NCBI GenBank assembly: GCA_964619725.1
Contig: CAZUFC010000003.1
Coordinates: 49,763-113,762 of the forward strand
Source: an uncultured bacterium
Lineage (GTDB): Bacteria > CSSED10-310 > CAZUFC01
DNA: 64,000 bases
Direction: 5' to 3'
Shown in pieces: positions 39,563 to 49,699 of the stretch. The notes beneath the pieces are model-generated. The model did no database searches, was not told the origin of the DNA, and saw only the letters and a list, made by a program, of their open reading frames with translations. Made by a program: the position numbers and the translations under genes. The stretch's first letter is position 1; each line of letters opens with the position of its first letter.

Positions 39563-39689
39563 GACAACTGAAAAACTTTTGCCGCAAATACAGCAACCTT
39601 CTCTGAAATGATTTTTCGGGCCGCAGCCGGCTTTTAATCTCTTTTTTTCGTTCAATGCCTCAGCAGCGCTTTAAAATTTCGATGTTAAC

Positions 39690-39719
39690 TTGACAGGATA
39701 GAGTCGAATAATGTACCTT
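39690..39719 (+). promoter_or_regulatory. sigma70-type promoter of the pil operon
   Basis: TTGACA-18 nt-TACCTT. Confidence 0.45.
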
Positions 39720-39807
39720 AAAAGGGCAAAATCAGGATTTCACTGACAGAAAGAAATCCGAATATCGGCGGGAAATTGATAGACCGCGGAACGAGGTGAC
39801 GAACCCA

Positions 39808-41613
39808 ATGAGTCTTAAAATAGGCGAGCAATTAGTAAAGGCTGATCTAATATCTGAAGAACAGTTGGAGCAGGCGCTGGCCCATCAGAAAAAGACGAAC
39901 AGCGGAAGGCTGGGCAGCATTTTAATCAAACTCGGTTTTGTATCGGAGGAAGAGGTTACGGAAGCGTTGGCGGAGCAGTTTGGCGTGCCGGCGATCAACC
40001 TGTCGGACTTTGAAATCGATCCCAACGTATTAAAATTGGTTTCTGCCGATGTTGCTCGAAGATATCAACTTATTCCGATTTCCAGGACGGGTTCTTCTCT
40101 GACGATCGCCATGGCTGATCCGACCAACGTATTCGCCCAGGACGACATAAAATTTATTACGGGGTATCATGTGGAGGCTGTGGTGGCTTCTGAGGCAGCG
40201 GTTCAGGAGGCTATAAAAAAGTATTACGGAACAGGAAAAAGCATCGTAGGGACATCGTTCGATCTGGATGACCCGGCGGAACTGGAAATCGAAGACTACA
40301 AGCAGTTCGACGAGGAATTGGACGAAGAATTCGATGAAGAGATGATCAACATAGGCGATTTTGAAGACCTGGTTACTCAGTCAGTGGATGAGCTGGAAAT
40401 AGCGGAAGAGACAGATGAGATAGATACTTTGCGTGAAGAGGATGTCGACGCTCCGATCGTCAAGCTGGTAAACGGCATTTTAATCAAAGCGATCAATTCG
40501 GGTGTGAGCGACATACACTTTGAACCTTATGAAAAGCAATTCAGGGTGCGATACAGGTTGGACGGAGTGCTTCGCAAGGAGCTGGCTCTTCCGATGAGGA
40601 TCAAAAACGCGGTTACGTCGCGATTAAAGATTATGGCGAGTTTGGACATTTCCGAGAAGAGGCTTCCCCAGGACGGTCGTATTAAAATGAAGCTGGGACC
40701 GAGAAGGGAGATCGATTTCCGCGTTTCTGCCATGCCGACGCTTTACGGCGAAAAAGTGGTGCTCAGAATTCTGGATAAAGCCAGCCTGAAACTCGACATG
40801 ACCCAACTGGGATTTGAATCGCAGCAATTGGCGGAGTTTCAGGAGGCTATTCACAAGCCTTACGGAATGGTGCTGGTCAGCGGACCTACAGGAAGCGGGA
40901 AAACTACGACGCTTTACTCCGCTCTCAGTCAGCTGAATTCTGTCGCTGACAACATCATGACCGCTGAAGACCCTGTGGAATATAACCTGATGGGGATTAA
41001 TCAGGTTCAGATGAAAGACGATATCGGACTCAATTTTGCCGCAGCGCTGCGCTCTTTTTTAAGGCAGGACCCGGATATCATCATGGTGGGTGAGATTCGA
41101 GATTTTGAAACCGCTGAAATCGGGATCAAGGCCGCCTTGACAGGACATCTGGTTTTAAGTACTATTCATACTAACGACGCTCCGAGCACGATTAACCGTC
41201 TTTTGAACATGGGTATTGAACCGTTCCTCGTTTCGAGTTCCCTGATTCTGGTTCAGGCACAAAGATTGGCGCGAAGAGTCTGTAAAAATTGCGCCGAACC
41301 CGTTCATCTGCCGCCGGAAGCTTTGCTGGACATTGGATTCGATGAGGAAGAAATCGACGAATTGGTGATATATAAAGGAAGAGGCTGTCAGGAATGCGGC
41401 GAAACCGGATATAAAGGGAGAATAGCTCTGTTTGAAGTGATGCCGATTACGGATGAGTTGAGAGAACTGATCCTGAGAGGAGCTTCTTCCATGGAAATAA
41501 AAGAAACTGCCATGGCTTTAGGAATGAGAACATTGCGAGATTCCGGATTGGAAAAGATTCGCGAGGGAATAACAAGCGTTGAGGAAATCGTGCGCGTAAC
41601 TTTCGGTAATTAG
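39808..41613 (+). CDS. pilB: Type IV pilus assembly ATPase PilB
   Basis: MshEN-like N-terminus (KIGEQL, RLGSIL), SDIHFEP, RLPQDG, GPTGSGKTT, LRQDPD, TGHLV, Cys4 zinc motif; alternative GTG start at 39796. Confidence 0.96.
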   Translation: MSLKIGEQLVKADLISEEQLEQALAHQKKTNSGRLGSILIKLGFVSEEEVTEALAEQFGVPAINLSDFEIDPNVLKLVSADVARRYQLIPISRTGSSLTIAMADPTNVFAQDDIKFITGYHVEAVVASEAAVQEAIKKYYGTGKSIVGTSFDLDDPAELEIEDYKQFDEELDEEFDEEMINIGDFEDLVTQSVDELEIAEETDEIDTLREEDVDAPIVKLVNGILIKAINSGVSDIHFEPYEKQFRVRYRLDGVLRKELALPMRIKNAVTSRLKIMASLDISEKRLPQDGRIKMKLGPRREIDFRVSAMPTLYGEKVVLRILDKASLKLDMTQLGFESQQLAEFQEAIHKPYGMVLVSGPTGSGKTTTLYSALSQLNSVADNIMTAEDPVEYNLMGINQVQMKDDIGLNFAAALRSFLRQDPDIIMVGEIRDFETAEIGIKAALTGHLVLSTIHTNDAPSTINRLLNMGIEPFLVSSSLILVQAQRLARRVCKNCAEPVHLPPEALLDIGFDEEEIDELVIYKGRGCQECGETGYKGRIALFEVMPITDELRELILRGASSMEIKETAMALGMRTLRDSGLEKIREGITSVEEIVRVTFGN

Positions 41614-41630
41614 GCTTTCGGGAGATTATT

Positions 41631-42734
41631 ATGCTGAGTTTGACGACTCTTTTATCTGTTTTGCTGGAGAAGAAGGCTACGGATTTACATATAACGACAG
41701 GCGTCTGTCCGCATTTAAGAATAGACGGCATACTGCATCCGTTGTCTCAATTTCCCGTTCTGGGGCCCAAAGATACCAAGCAACTGGCTTACAGTATTTT
41801 AACCGACGTTCAGAAACACAAGTTGGAAGCGGATAAGGAATTGGACTTTTCATTCGGGATAAGAGGATTGAGCCGCTTTCGCGCCAACGTATTCATGCAG
41901 CGCGGGGCTGTGGCTATGGCCATCAGAACCATCCCTTTCCGCATACCCAGTTTTGAAGAGTTGGGTTTGCCCAGGGTTATCTCTGATTTGGCTCATAAGC
42001 CTAAAGGGCTCATACTGGTGACAGGTCCGACCGGATGCGGGAAATCGACTACTCTGGCGGCCATCATTGACAAAATCAACCGAGAGAAAAAATTACATGT
42101 CGTAACGATAGAAGACCCGATCGAATATCTGCATCAGCATCACGGGTGCGTGGTTAATCAGAGAGAAATCCTGGCCGACACGAAATCATTCGCCGCCGCT
42201 CTTCGATCTATTCTCAGGCAAGACCCGGACGTGATACTCGTCGGAGAGATGAGAGACCTGGAAACCATTCAGGCCGCTTTGCGATGCGCTGAAACCGGTC
42301 ACCTTACCTTCGCCACGCTCCACACCAACTCAACCGTCGAAACGGTCAACCGTATTATCGATGTTTTTCCGCCTCATCAGCAACAGCAAATTCGCACCCA
42401 GTTGTCATTCGTCCTCGAAGGCATCGTCTGTCAAACGCTCCTCCCCAGAAGAAGCGGTAAAGGCCGCGTCCTCGCTCTTGAAATTATGTGCCCCAACGAT
42501 GCCATCAGAAATCTGGTCAGAGAAGACAAGATTCATCAAATTTATTCCATTATGCAGATGGGACAGGATCGATACGGGATGGTCACTTTTAATCAGTCTT
42601 TGCTTGCGCTCTATTTAAGAAAACAGATTTCCCTCCAGGAAGCCAGAAATAGAACGATGAAACCCCAGGAATTCGAGCAAATGTTGCTGAAATCCGGAGA
42701 GACTCAGGTTTCTTCTCGCCATAGAAGAATTTGA
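41631..42734 (+). CDS. pilT: Type IV pilus retraction ATPase PilT
   Basis: GPTGCGKST, EDPIE, LRQDPD, AETGHL, AIRNLVRE. Confidence 0.96.
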   Translation: MLSLTTLLSVLLEKKATDLHITTGVCPHLRIDGILHPLSQFPVLGPKDTKQLAYSILTDVQKHKLEADKELDFSFGIRGLSRFRANVFMQRGAVAMAIRTIPFRIPSFEELGLPRVISDLAHKPKGLILVTGPTGCGKSTTLAAIIDKINREKKLHVVTIEDPIEYLHQHHGCVVNQREILADTKSFAAALRSILRQDPDVILVGEMRDLETIQAALRCAETGHLTFATLHTNSTVETVNRIIDVFPPHQQQQIRTQLSFVLEGIVCQTLLPRRSGKGRVLALEIMCPNDAIRNLVREDKIHQIYSIMQMGQDRYGMVTFNQSLLALYLRKQISLQEARNRTMKPQEFEQMLLKSGETQVSSRHRRI

Positions 42735-42807
42735 CATTTTTTAACAGAGGACAAGACTTTGTTTAGAAAACAATTCCTTTCAAATCTTTAGATGGAGGAA
42801 AATCAAA

Positions 42808-44022
42808 ATGGCCGAATTCAAATGGATCGGTAAGGATCAGACCGGTAAGGAAGTAAAAGGAGTCATGTCGGCCGAAACCTCCGATCAAGTTAAACTCCAA
42901 TTGCGCCGACAGAAAATAGAGCCCGTCAATGTTAAGAAGAGATTGAAGGACATTCAGATTGTTATTCCGGGACTGTCTTATCGTATTACGGAGAGAGATC
43001 TGGTGGTTTTTACCCGAACCTTTTCCACAATGGTCGATGCCGGGCTTCCGCTGGTGCAATGCCTGGAAATCCTTTCACAGCAGACGGAGAACCCGGTTTT
43101 CGCCAAGGCGATCAATGATATTCGACAAAATGTCGAATCCGGAAGTACATACGCCGATGCTTTGCGTAAACATCCCAAAATTTTCAATGAATTGTATTGC
43201 AATATGGTGGAAGCGGGCGAAACGGGCGGTATTCTCGACACTATCTTGAACCGACTTGCCTCATACATGGAAAAAAATATATCGTTGAAGCGACAGGTCA
43301 AATCCGCACTGGTTTATCCCGGATTCATCATCACGGCTGCAGTGATCGTTATTTCATTCATGATGTACTATGTGATACCGACTTTTACCCAGATTTTCGT
43401 CCAGTTGGGCAGCACGCTTCCTTTGCCGACGAAAATAGTTATGGGCATCTCTTCCGTAGTCAAATCGTATATTCACTTTTTCATCTTGGGCATCATATTG
43501 ATCATTTTGGGCATTCGAGCGATTCACAAGCGGGAGAAAGGCGCATTGTTCATTGACGGACTTCTTTTAAAATTACCGGTTCTGGGCTCGTTGTTCAGAA
43601 AAGTCGCTGTCGCCAAGTTCACGAGAACTCTGGGAACTCTCATCAGTTCGGGCGTTTCCATCCTCGATGGTCTGGAAATTACGGCGAAAACGTCAGGAAA
43701 TAAAGTCGTTGAGGAAGCCGTGATGAAAACGCGTGTCAGCATTAGCGAAGGAAAAACCATTTCCGAACCATTGGCTCAGACCGAAGTCTTTCCTCCCATG
43801 GTCGTTCAGATGATTGCCGTGGGAGAATCTACCGGTGCGCTGGATTCCATGTTGGAAAAAATTGCAGACTTTTACGATGAAGAAGTCGATGTGGCCGTCG
43901 CTAATCTTACGCAGTTGCTGGAACCGTTTATGGTGGTTTTTCTGGGGGTTACCGTAGGCGGCATCGTCGTCGCCATGTACATGCCGCTGTTTAAATTAAT
44001 CGGCGAGTTGTCCATGCGCTGA
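42808..44022 (+). CDS. pilC: Type IV pilus inner-membrane platform PilC
   Basis: Two T2SSF repeats (AGLPL...AGETGG; FPPMV...VGESTG), AMYMP. Confidence 0.95.
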   Translation: MAEFKWIGKDQTGKEVKGVMSAETSDQVKLQLRRQKIEPVNVKKRLKDIQIVIPGLSYRITERDLVVFTRTFSTMVDAGLPLVQCLEILSQQTENPVFAKAINDIRQNVESGSTYADALRKHPKIFNELYCNMVEAGETGGILDTILNRLASYMEKNISLKRQVKSALVYPGFIITAAVIVISFMMYYVIPTFTQIFVQLGSTLPLPTKIVMGISSVVKSYIHFFILGIILIILGIRAIHKREKGALFIDGLLLKLPVLGSLFRKVAVAKFTRTLGTLISSGVSILDGLEITAKTSGNKVVEEAVMKTRVSISEGKTISEPLAQTEVFPPMVVQMIAVGESTGALDSMLEKIADFYDEEVDVAVANLTQLLEPFMVVFLGVTVGGIVVAMYMPLFKLIGELSMR

Positions 44023-44072
44023 TAATTTCTTCACGAAAAATTCCGGATCGAGGATGCACGTTTGTTTACAAC

Positions 44073-45836
44073 GTGATGGTTGATATCGATAGTGATCGAA
44101 AAAGAATACGGACATTAATCGCAGTCCGTGTCGTCGTCGCTCTTACACTTCTCCTGGGATCGGGAATACCTCTTTACATCGGGAGCGAATTCACTAAATC
44201 CGTATCGCTTATCCTGTTTAAATTCGTGTTCGTTATTTTCGCCGTTTCTCTGGTTTATTCCCTTTTATTAAACAGGATCAGGAGAGTTCTTTTTTTCGGT
44301 TGCATTCAGATTATCGTCGACGTTATTTTGGAATCGGTCATCGTTTTCTATACCGGTCAGACTGGCAGTCCTTTCACCATCCTATACATTTTTACAATTA
44401 TCTACGCCGGGATTATTCTCAGAAAACATTCCTGCTTCATCTTTGCTGCGCTCTGTTCGAGCATGTACGTCTGGATGGTCGCAGGAAAAATGCTGAATGT
44501 TCTTCCCTTGAAAGAGACCGTTTTCACTCATTTGAACGTCACGATGCCGGTTTCCGAGCTGGTTTATTTCACAATCGTCAATTTGATCGGCTTTTTTACC
44601 GTCGCTTATTTTACCGACTACATATCCGGAAAATTGGAACACACGGATAAACTGCTCAATCAGCAGATTTCTCTCGTCGGAGATTTGCAATCTCTAAGAT
44701 CGAATATACTGCAAAGTATGGCCAATGGCCTCATAACTCTGAACGGCAATGGAGAAATAGACCTCGTCAACAACGCTGGGGAGCGTATCCTCGGTTTGCG
44801 AGAAGAACAGCTCCAAAGAAAACTCATTGAAGAGATTTTTCCTGATTCTACGGCTGAAAAAATTAAAAATATAATTAAAAATTTGTCGCAATCAGGAGAG
44901 CTCAACGAAGAATTCGAATATATAAAGGAAGGCAAAAATATTCCTCTGGGGCTGGCGGCGTCTCCTCTGAAAGATGCCAGAGGAAGACAAGTCGGCGCGC
45001 TGATATTGCTCAATGATTTGACAAACAAAAAAGAGCTGGAGAAGCACAAGCAGGCGGCCGACCGGTGGGCTGCAGTTGCTGAACTCGCAGCCAACATGGC
45101 CCATGAAATCAGGAATCCCCTGGCCGCGATCAGCGGCAGCATTGAAGTCTTGCAGGAATCCATGAAGCTGGACGATACCGATACCCGGCTCATGGACATT
45201 ATTCTGCGCGAATCGAGCCGACTGAATACACTGATTTCAGACTTCCTGAATTACGCTAAACCGCCCGTACTTGAGAAAAACCAATGCGACCTTATTAAGC
45301 TGCTCAAAGAAACATCTACTCTCGCCGAATCGGATACTGGAAGGAAGAATCAATTGAAAATAATCAGCGATTACAGGATTTCTTCCTTGTATATTCCTCT
45401 TGATGCCAAGCAGATTAAACAGGTTTTCTGGAACTTGATTCGTAACGCTATGGAAGCCATGCCTGAAGGCGGAATTTTAAAAATTTCAGTCACTAAGGAA
45501 AAATATATTAATTCCTCTGACCAGCCTGCCAATTCCAGGGATAAATTTTTCGTCATAGGAGCCGATGCGATAGAGAATATGGAATATGCCTGCATTTCTT
45601 TTAAAGATAACGGGATAGGGATTTCCGAGGAGAATCTGAGTTCTATTTTTAATCCATTCACAAGCTTTAAAGAGAACGGATCGGGTTTGGGATTAGCCAT
45701 CTCATATCGTATAATAAAAGATCATGGAGGAAGGATTGCCGTTAAAAGCATCCCGAATGTCGGAACGGTTATTGATCTATTCCTTCCTTTGGAACAAACC
45801 GCCGAAATGCTGACGGCCGTTACCCAGGAGATTTGA
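44073..45836 (+). CDS. pilS: Sensor histidine kinase PilS
   Basis: Multi-TM N-terminus (TG..SPF), PAS, AHEIRNPL, NLIRNA, DNGIGI, GSGLGL; synteny between pilC and pilR. Confidence 0.88.
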   Translation: MMVDIDSDRKRIRTLIAVRVVVALTLLLGSGIPLYIGSEFTKSVSLILFKFVFVIFAVSLVYSLLLNRIRRVLFFGCIQIIVDVILESVIVFYTGQTGSPFTILYIFTIIYAGIILRKHSCFIFAALCSSMYVWMVAGKMLNVLPLKETVFTHLNVTMPVSELVYFTIVNLIGFFTVAYFTDYISGKLEHTDKLLNQQISLVGDLQSLRSNILQSMANGLITLNGNGEIDLVNNAGERILGLREEQLQRKLIEEIFPDSTAEKIKNIIKNLSQSGELNEEFEYIKEGKNIPLGLAASPLKDARGRQVGALILLNDLTNKKELEKHKQAADRWAAVAELAANMAHEIRNPLAAISGSIEVLQESMKLDDTDTRLMDIILRESSRLNTLISDFLNYAKPPVLEKNQCDLIKLLKETSTLAESDTGRKNQLKIISDYRISSLYIPLDAKQIKQVFWNLIRNAMEAMPEGGILKISVTKEKYINSSDQPANSRDKFFVIGADAIENMEYACISFKDNGIGISEENLSSIFNPFTSFKENGSGLGLAISYRIIKDHGGRIAVKSIPNVGTVIDLFLPLEQTAEMLTAVTQEI

Positions 45837-47239
45837 TGGGAAAACTACTTGTCGTCGATGATGAGCCGAGCATCTGCGCTATGCTCAGCATAATGTTTGA
45901 GAAACAGGGACATTCGGTCAAATCATGCACCAGCGCTCAAAAAGCCCTCGCCTCTATCCAGGACGAAAATGAATTCGATGTTCTGATTTCCGATATCAAG
46001 ATGCCTGAAATGGATGGTCTGGAGCTTTTGAAGTCAGTTAAAAACATAAATCCCAATCTTCCGGTCATTTTAATTACGGCTCATGACAATAAAGAAACCG
46101 CCGTTTCCGCGTTGAAACACGGCGCCGAGGATTACATTGTTAAGCCTTGGAAAAAGGAGGAATTGAGGTTTCTGGTTGAGAGGGCCATTCGGAACCGTCG
46201 ACTGAAAGAAGAGAATTTGATTCTCAAGCAGGAATTACAAACGCATTATCGATTTGAAAATATTATCGGTAACAGCAAAAAAATTAGAAATATTTGGGGT
46301 ACGATAAGAAAAGTGGCGGACCTGGATGCCACTGTTCTGATTACGGGCGAAAGCGGTACCGGAAAAGAGCTCATAGCATCGGCCATTCATTATGCAGGAG
46401 CCCGAAAAGAGAAGCCTTTCGTCACCGTCAATTGCGGCGCTTTACCTGAAAGCCTGCTTGAATCGGAACTTTTCGGACATAAAAAAGGAGCTTTTACAGG
46501 CGCTTATCAGAATAAGCCGGGTTTATGCGAAGTGGCGCATACCGGGACAGTGTTTCTTGATGAAATCGGTGAAATAAGTCCCTCATTTCAGATAAAACTG
46601 CTCCGTTTCCTCAACGATAAAAAGTTGAAAAGATTGGGCAGCGTGGACGACATTACCGTGGACGTCAGAGTTATAGCCGCTACAAATAAAGACCTCCAGG
46701 CCGCAGTAAACGAGGATAAATTCCGCCAGGACCTCTTCTATCGGCTGAACGTCATTCCTATACACGTGCCGCCGCTGAGGGAAAGGAAGGAAGATGTTCC
46801 TCTTCTCGCCGAATTTTTTCTTCAAAAATATTGTGAAAGATGTCGATGTGAATTGAAAAGATGTTCTTCAGAAGCCATAAATCTCATGATAGAATACAAA
46901 TGGCCGGGCAATGTGAGGGAACTGGAAAACGTCATCGAAAGAACGGTGGCTTTGGAACCGAAGCCTTTGATCATTCCGGAAAGTCTGCCTCCGGAGATTC
47001 GTCAAGCCGGCAGAAAAAAATATTATTCGATAAACGATATAGAAAAAGAACCGGCCAGTCTTGACGATATTCTCAGCAATATTGAGAAGAATATTCTGGT
47101 CGATGCGTTAAAGAAAACCGACGGGGTAAAAATGAAAGCCGCAGAATATTTGAAGATCAGTTTCCGTTCATTAAGATATCGGTTGCAAAAACACGGATTA
47201 GGCGATAACAATAACGTCGATGAAACGAAGGAGTTATAG
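45836..47239 (+). CDS. pilR: sigma54-dependent response regulator PilR
   Basis: REC (VDD, SDIKMP), GESGTGKE, GAFTGA, FLDEI, WPGNVREL, HTH ISFRSLRYRL; TGATG coupling to pilS. Confidence 0.9.
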   Translation: MGKLLVVDDEPSICAMLSIMFEKQGHSVKSCTSAQKALASIQDENEFDVLISDIKMPEMDGLELLKSVKNINPNLPVILITAHDNKETAVSALKHGAEDYIVKPWKKEELRFLVERAIRNRRLKEENLILKQELQTHYRFENIIGNSKKIRNIWGTIRKVADLDATVLITGESGTGKELIASAIHYAGARKEKPFVTVNCGALPESLLESELFGHKKGAFTGAYQNKPGLCEVAHTGTVFLDEIGEISPSFQIKLLRFLNDKKLKRLGSVDDITVDVRVIAATNKDLQAAVNEDKFRQDLFYRLNVIPIHVPPLRERKEDVPLLAEFFLQKYCERCRCELKRCSSEAINLMIEYKWPGNVRELENVIERTVALEPKPLIIPESLPPEIRQAGRKKYYSINDIEKEPASLDDILSNIEKNILVDALKKTDGVKMKAAEYLKISFRSLRYRLQKHGLGDNNNVDETKEL

Positions 47240-47278
47240 AACAACAAGGATGAGGTTCATTAAAGTTGGGAGGAAAAT

Positions 47279-47689
47279 ATGTCAGAGAGAATTAAAAATG
47301 TTTTGAAAAAACAAGAGGGGAAAGCGGATTCCAAGCTGCCTTCCATTATCTTGCTGATCATTATAATCGTTGGGGCTTTTGCGGCATACAAGTTCGTTCC
47401 GCCTTACTTTCAGAAGATGAAATTTGAACAGGAAATAACGGAAATATTGAATTGGGACCAGTTTCATCAAGGTTCAAGACCTCCTGACGAAAAAAAAGTG
47501 TTCCAGGAAGTGACGGACCTGGCGAAAAAAATGCAAGTGCCGCTCAAGGATGAAAATCTTGATGTCAAAAGGACGGAAGACAAGCCATATCGGATCGCCG
47601 TTAATCTGAATTACACGGTTGAAGTATCCTTGCCGATAATCGGCGCCAAACCCTTGCAATTCTATATTCATAAGGTGCAGGACAAATAA
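47279..47689 (+). CDS. Small single-TM protein with prepilin-like leader (DUF4845-like)
   Basis: LKKQEG followed by a hydrophobic helix and KFVPPY; SD GGAGG. Confidence 0.7.
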   Translation: MSERIKNVLKKQEGKADSKLPSIILLIIIIVGAFAAYKFVPPYFQKMKFEQEITEILNWDQFHQGSRPPDEKKVFQEVTDLAKKMQVPLKDENLDVKRTEDKPYRIAVNLNYTVEVSLPIIGAKPLQFYIHKVQDK

Positions 47690-47753
47690 GTTTTTCAGGA
47701 ACCCACCAATTTTTCACGTTAGTAGCCTTTTTTCTGCGAATTACAGGAAAAAA

Positions 47754-48800
47754 GTGAACGTATCTATCTTTTCCCCAAGCTTTCCCTTTATCGACGGCGG
47801 TTGCGAACTTTTAGGAAAAAGCCTTGAAAAAAAATTGAATCAGAAAGGTTTCAGAAGCCGTTTACTCTATTCGCCGCAGCATCGTTTTGACCGGCAATGG
47901 TCCTCTTACCTGTGTCATTGGTTGTGGAGGGCAGAAGAGAGCGAAAATGGGGAATCGAGCGACGCCGTGATTTCGCTGAAATATCCCGCTTTCCTGGTCC
48001 GTCATCCCAATCACATACTCTGGCTGACTCACAGGATGAGGGTGTATTACGACCTGTGGCCGCAATTTTATTCTTCTTTAGCATCCTTGCCGGCACGGGT
48101 ATCGGCGCTGGCGAGAAAAAGGATAATTCATCGGATTGATTATCGGGCCATAACAAGAGTCAAGAAAGTTTTTGCTATATCGGCCTGCGTTGCCGATCGA
48201 CTGAAAAAATGGGGCGGCATACGCGCTGAAGTGCTGAATCCTCCGCCGCCTGAACGGGATTATGCATCCCGGGATTACGGAAATTACTTTCTGGCGGTTT
48301 CAAGACTGGAAAAATTGAAGAGACTGCAACTCTTTATAGAAGCGGTCGGCTTAATGAAAAACAAAGACTTCAAGGCACATATTATCGGGGATGGACCTTA
48401 CAAAAAAAAACTGATCGATTTAATTAATGAAAGGCGGCTGAATCATCGCGTTATTCTTATGGGAAATCTATCAGACGAATCCCTTGTCGACGGATATGGA
48501 AGGGCCCGCGCTGTCTTTTTCGGTCCTTTTCAGGAGGACTACGGTTTCGTGAGTCTGGAAGCTTTTCGTTCTGAAAAACCGGTCATTACCTGTTCAGACA
48601 GTGGAGGAACCCTGCAATGGGTTAAAAATGAGAAGACGGGATTCGTCACCGAACCCCAGGCAGGATCAATCGCCGCCGTTCTGGATTTGCTGGCTGAAAA
48701 CCCGGATGTTGCAAAAGAATTAGGGAAAGCAGCGGCAAAATCCATAAAGAATCTGAACTGGGACTCAACCGTTGAAACTTTAATACGATCTATGCAGTGA
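47754..48800 (+). CDS. Glycosyltransferase family 4
   Basis: GGCE, SRLEKLKR, EDYGFVSLEA (EX7E) motifs. Confidence 0.9.
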   Translation: MNVSIFSPSFPFIDGGCELLGKSLEKKLNQKGFRSRLLYSPQHRFDRQWSSYLCHWLWRAEESENGESSDAVISLKYPAFLVRHPNHILWLTHRMRVYYDLWPQFYSSLASLPARVSALARKRIIHRIDYRAITRVKKVFAISACVADRLKKWGGIRAEVLNPPPPERDYASRDYGNYFLAVSRLEKLKRLQLFIEAVGLMKNKDFKAHIIGDGPYKKKLIDLINERRLNHRVILMGNLSDESLVDGYGRARAVFFGPFQEDYGFVSLEAFRSEKPVITCSDSGGTLQWVKNEKTGFVTEPQAGSIAAVLDLLAENPDVAKELGKAAAKSIKNLNWDSTVETLIRSMQ

Positions 48801-48808
48801 GGATTTTT

Positions 48809-49486
48809 ATGCTTTCTGTCATTATTCCAGTTTACAACGAAGAAAATACCCTCGAAATCATAGTAAGGCGTTTGTTGGACCTGAAACTGGACCTGCAAAT
48901 CATTATCGTCGACGACGGTTCCGACGACGCTACCCCCCTCGTTATGGATCGTCTCGCCAATACCCCGAAAGTCATTGCCCTCAGGCATAATGAAAATAAA
49001 GGCAAAGGCAGCGCCGTCATAACCGGCCTTACTCGCGCCCAGGGTGAAATTACCGTGATCCAGGATGCCGATCTCGAATACGATCCCATTGACCTTGTTA
49101 CTATGTACCATTACATGACCGAAAAAAAACTCGACGTTCTCTACGGTTCAAGGATTCTGGCCGGCTCCTCCATGTCCCACTTAAGATTCTGGCTGGGTGG
49201 ACGACTAATAACCTTTATCACTAATCTGCTTTTCAAAAGTCATATCACGGATGAACCAACCTGCTATAAAATGATCAGAACTCCACTGCTGAAAGATTTG
49301 AAACTGGAATCAACAGGATTTGAATTCTGTCCGGAAGCGACCGCCAAGATATTGAAGAGAAATATTAAAATTCCCGAACTGCCTGTAGCTTATTACCCGC
49401 GCAAAAAAAGCGAAGGAAAAAAAATAAATTGGCGCGACGGTTACCGGGCCGTGATCACACTCCTCAAATATAAATTAAAAAAATAA
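48809..49486 (+). CDS. Glycosyltransferase family 2 (polyprenol-phosphate glycosyltransferase-like)
   Basis: IPVYNEE, VDDGSDD, NKGKG, QDADLEYDP, TCYK, EGKKI.W.DG. Confidence 0.92.
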   Translation: MLSVIIPVYNEENTLEIIVRRLLDLKLDLQIIIVDDGSDDATPLVMDRLANTPKVIALRHNENKGKGSAVITGLTRAQGEITVIQDADLEYDPIDLVTMYHYMTEKKLDVLYGSRILAGSSMSHLRFWLGGRLITFITNLLFKSHITDEPTCYKMIRTPLLKDLKLESTGFEFCPEATAKILKRNIKIPELPVAYYPRKKSEGKKINWRDGYRAVITLLKYKLKK

Positions 49487-49699
49487 TCAAAATTTTCCGA
49501 GTCATTCCCTCCAGAGAAACATAGGATTCCTGCAAATTAATGTCAAAGGGCAGAAAAGTGTGAAACAGAAAAATTACACGTTCGCGTAAAGTTACCCCTC
49601 TGCAGAACTGAATCTGCAAAAAAAGCGACTCCCTTTAAATCTTCTTGCTTGTTTAATGCAGGGCACGCAACCCGTTGATGAAAATCTTTACCGGTTTAT

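Noticed and set aside
39720-39770. c-di-GMP-I riboswitch upstream of pilB (GGGCAAA start)
   Set aside because: Only a simple GGATTTC/GAAATCC hairpin; the GACGCAAA junction and P2 stem are missing.
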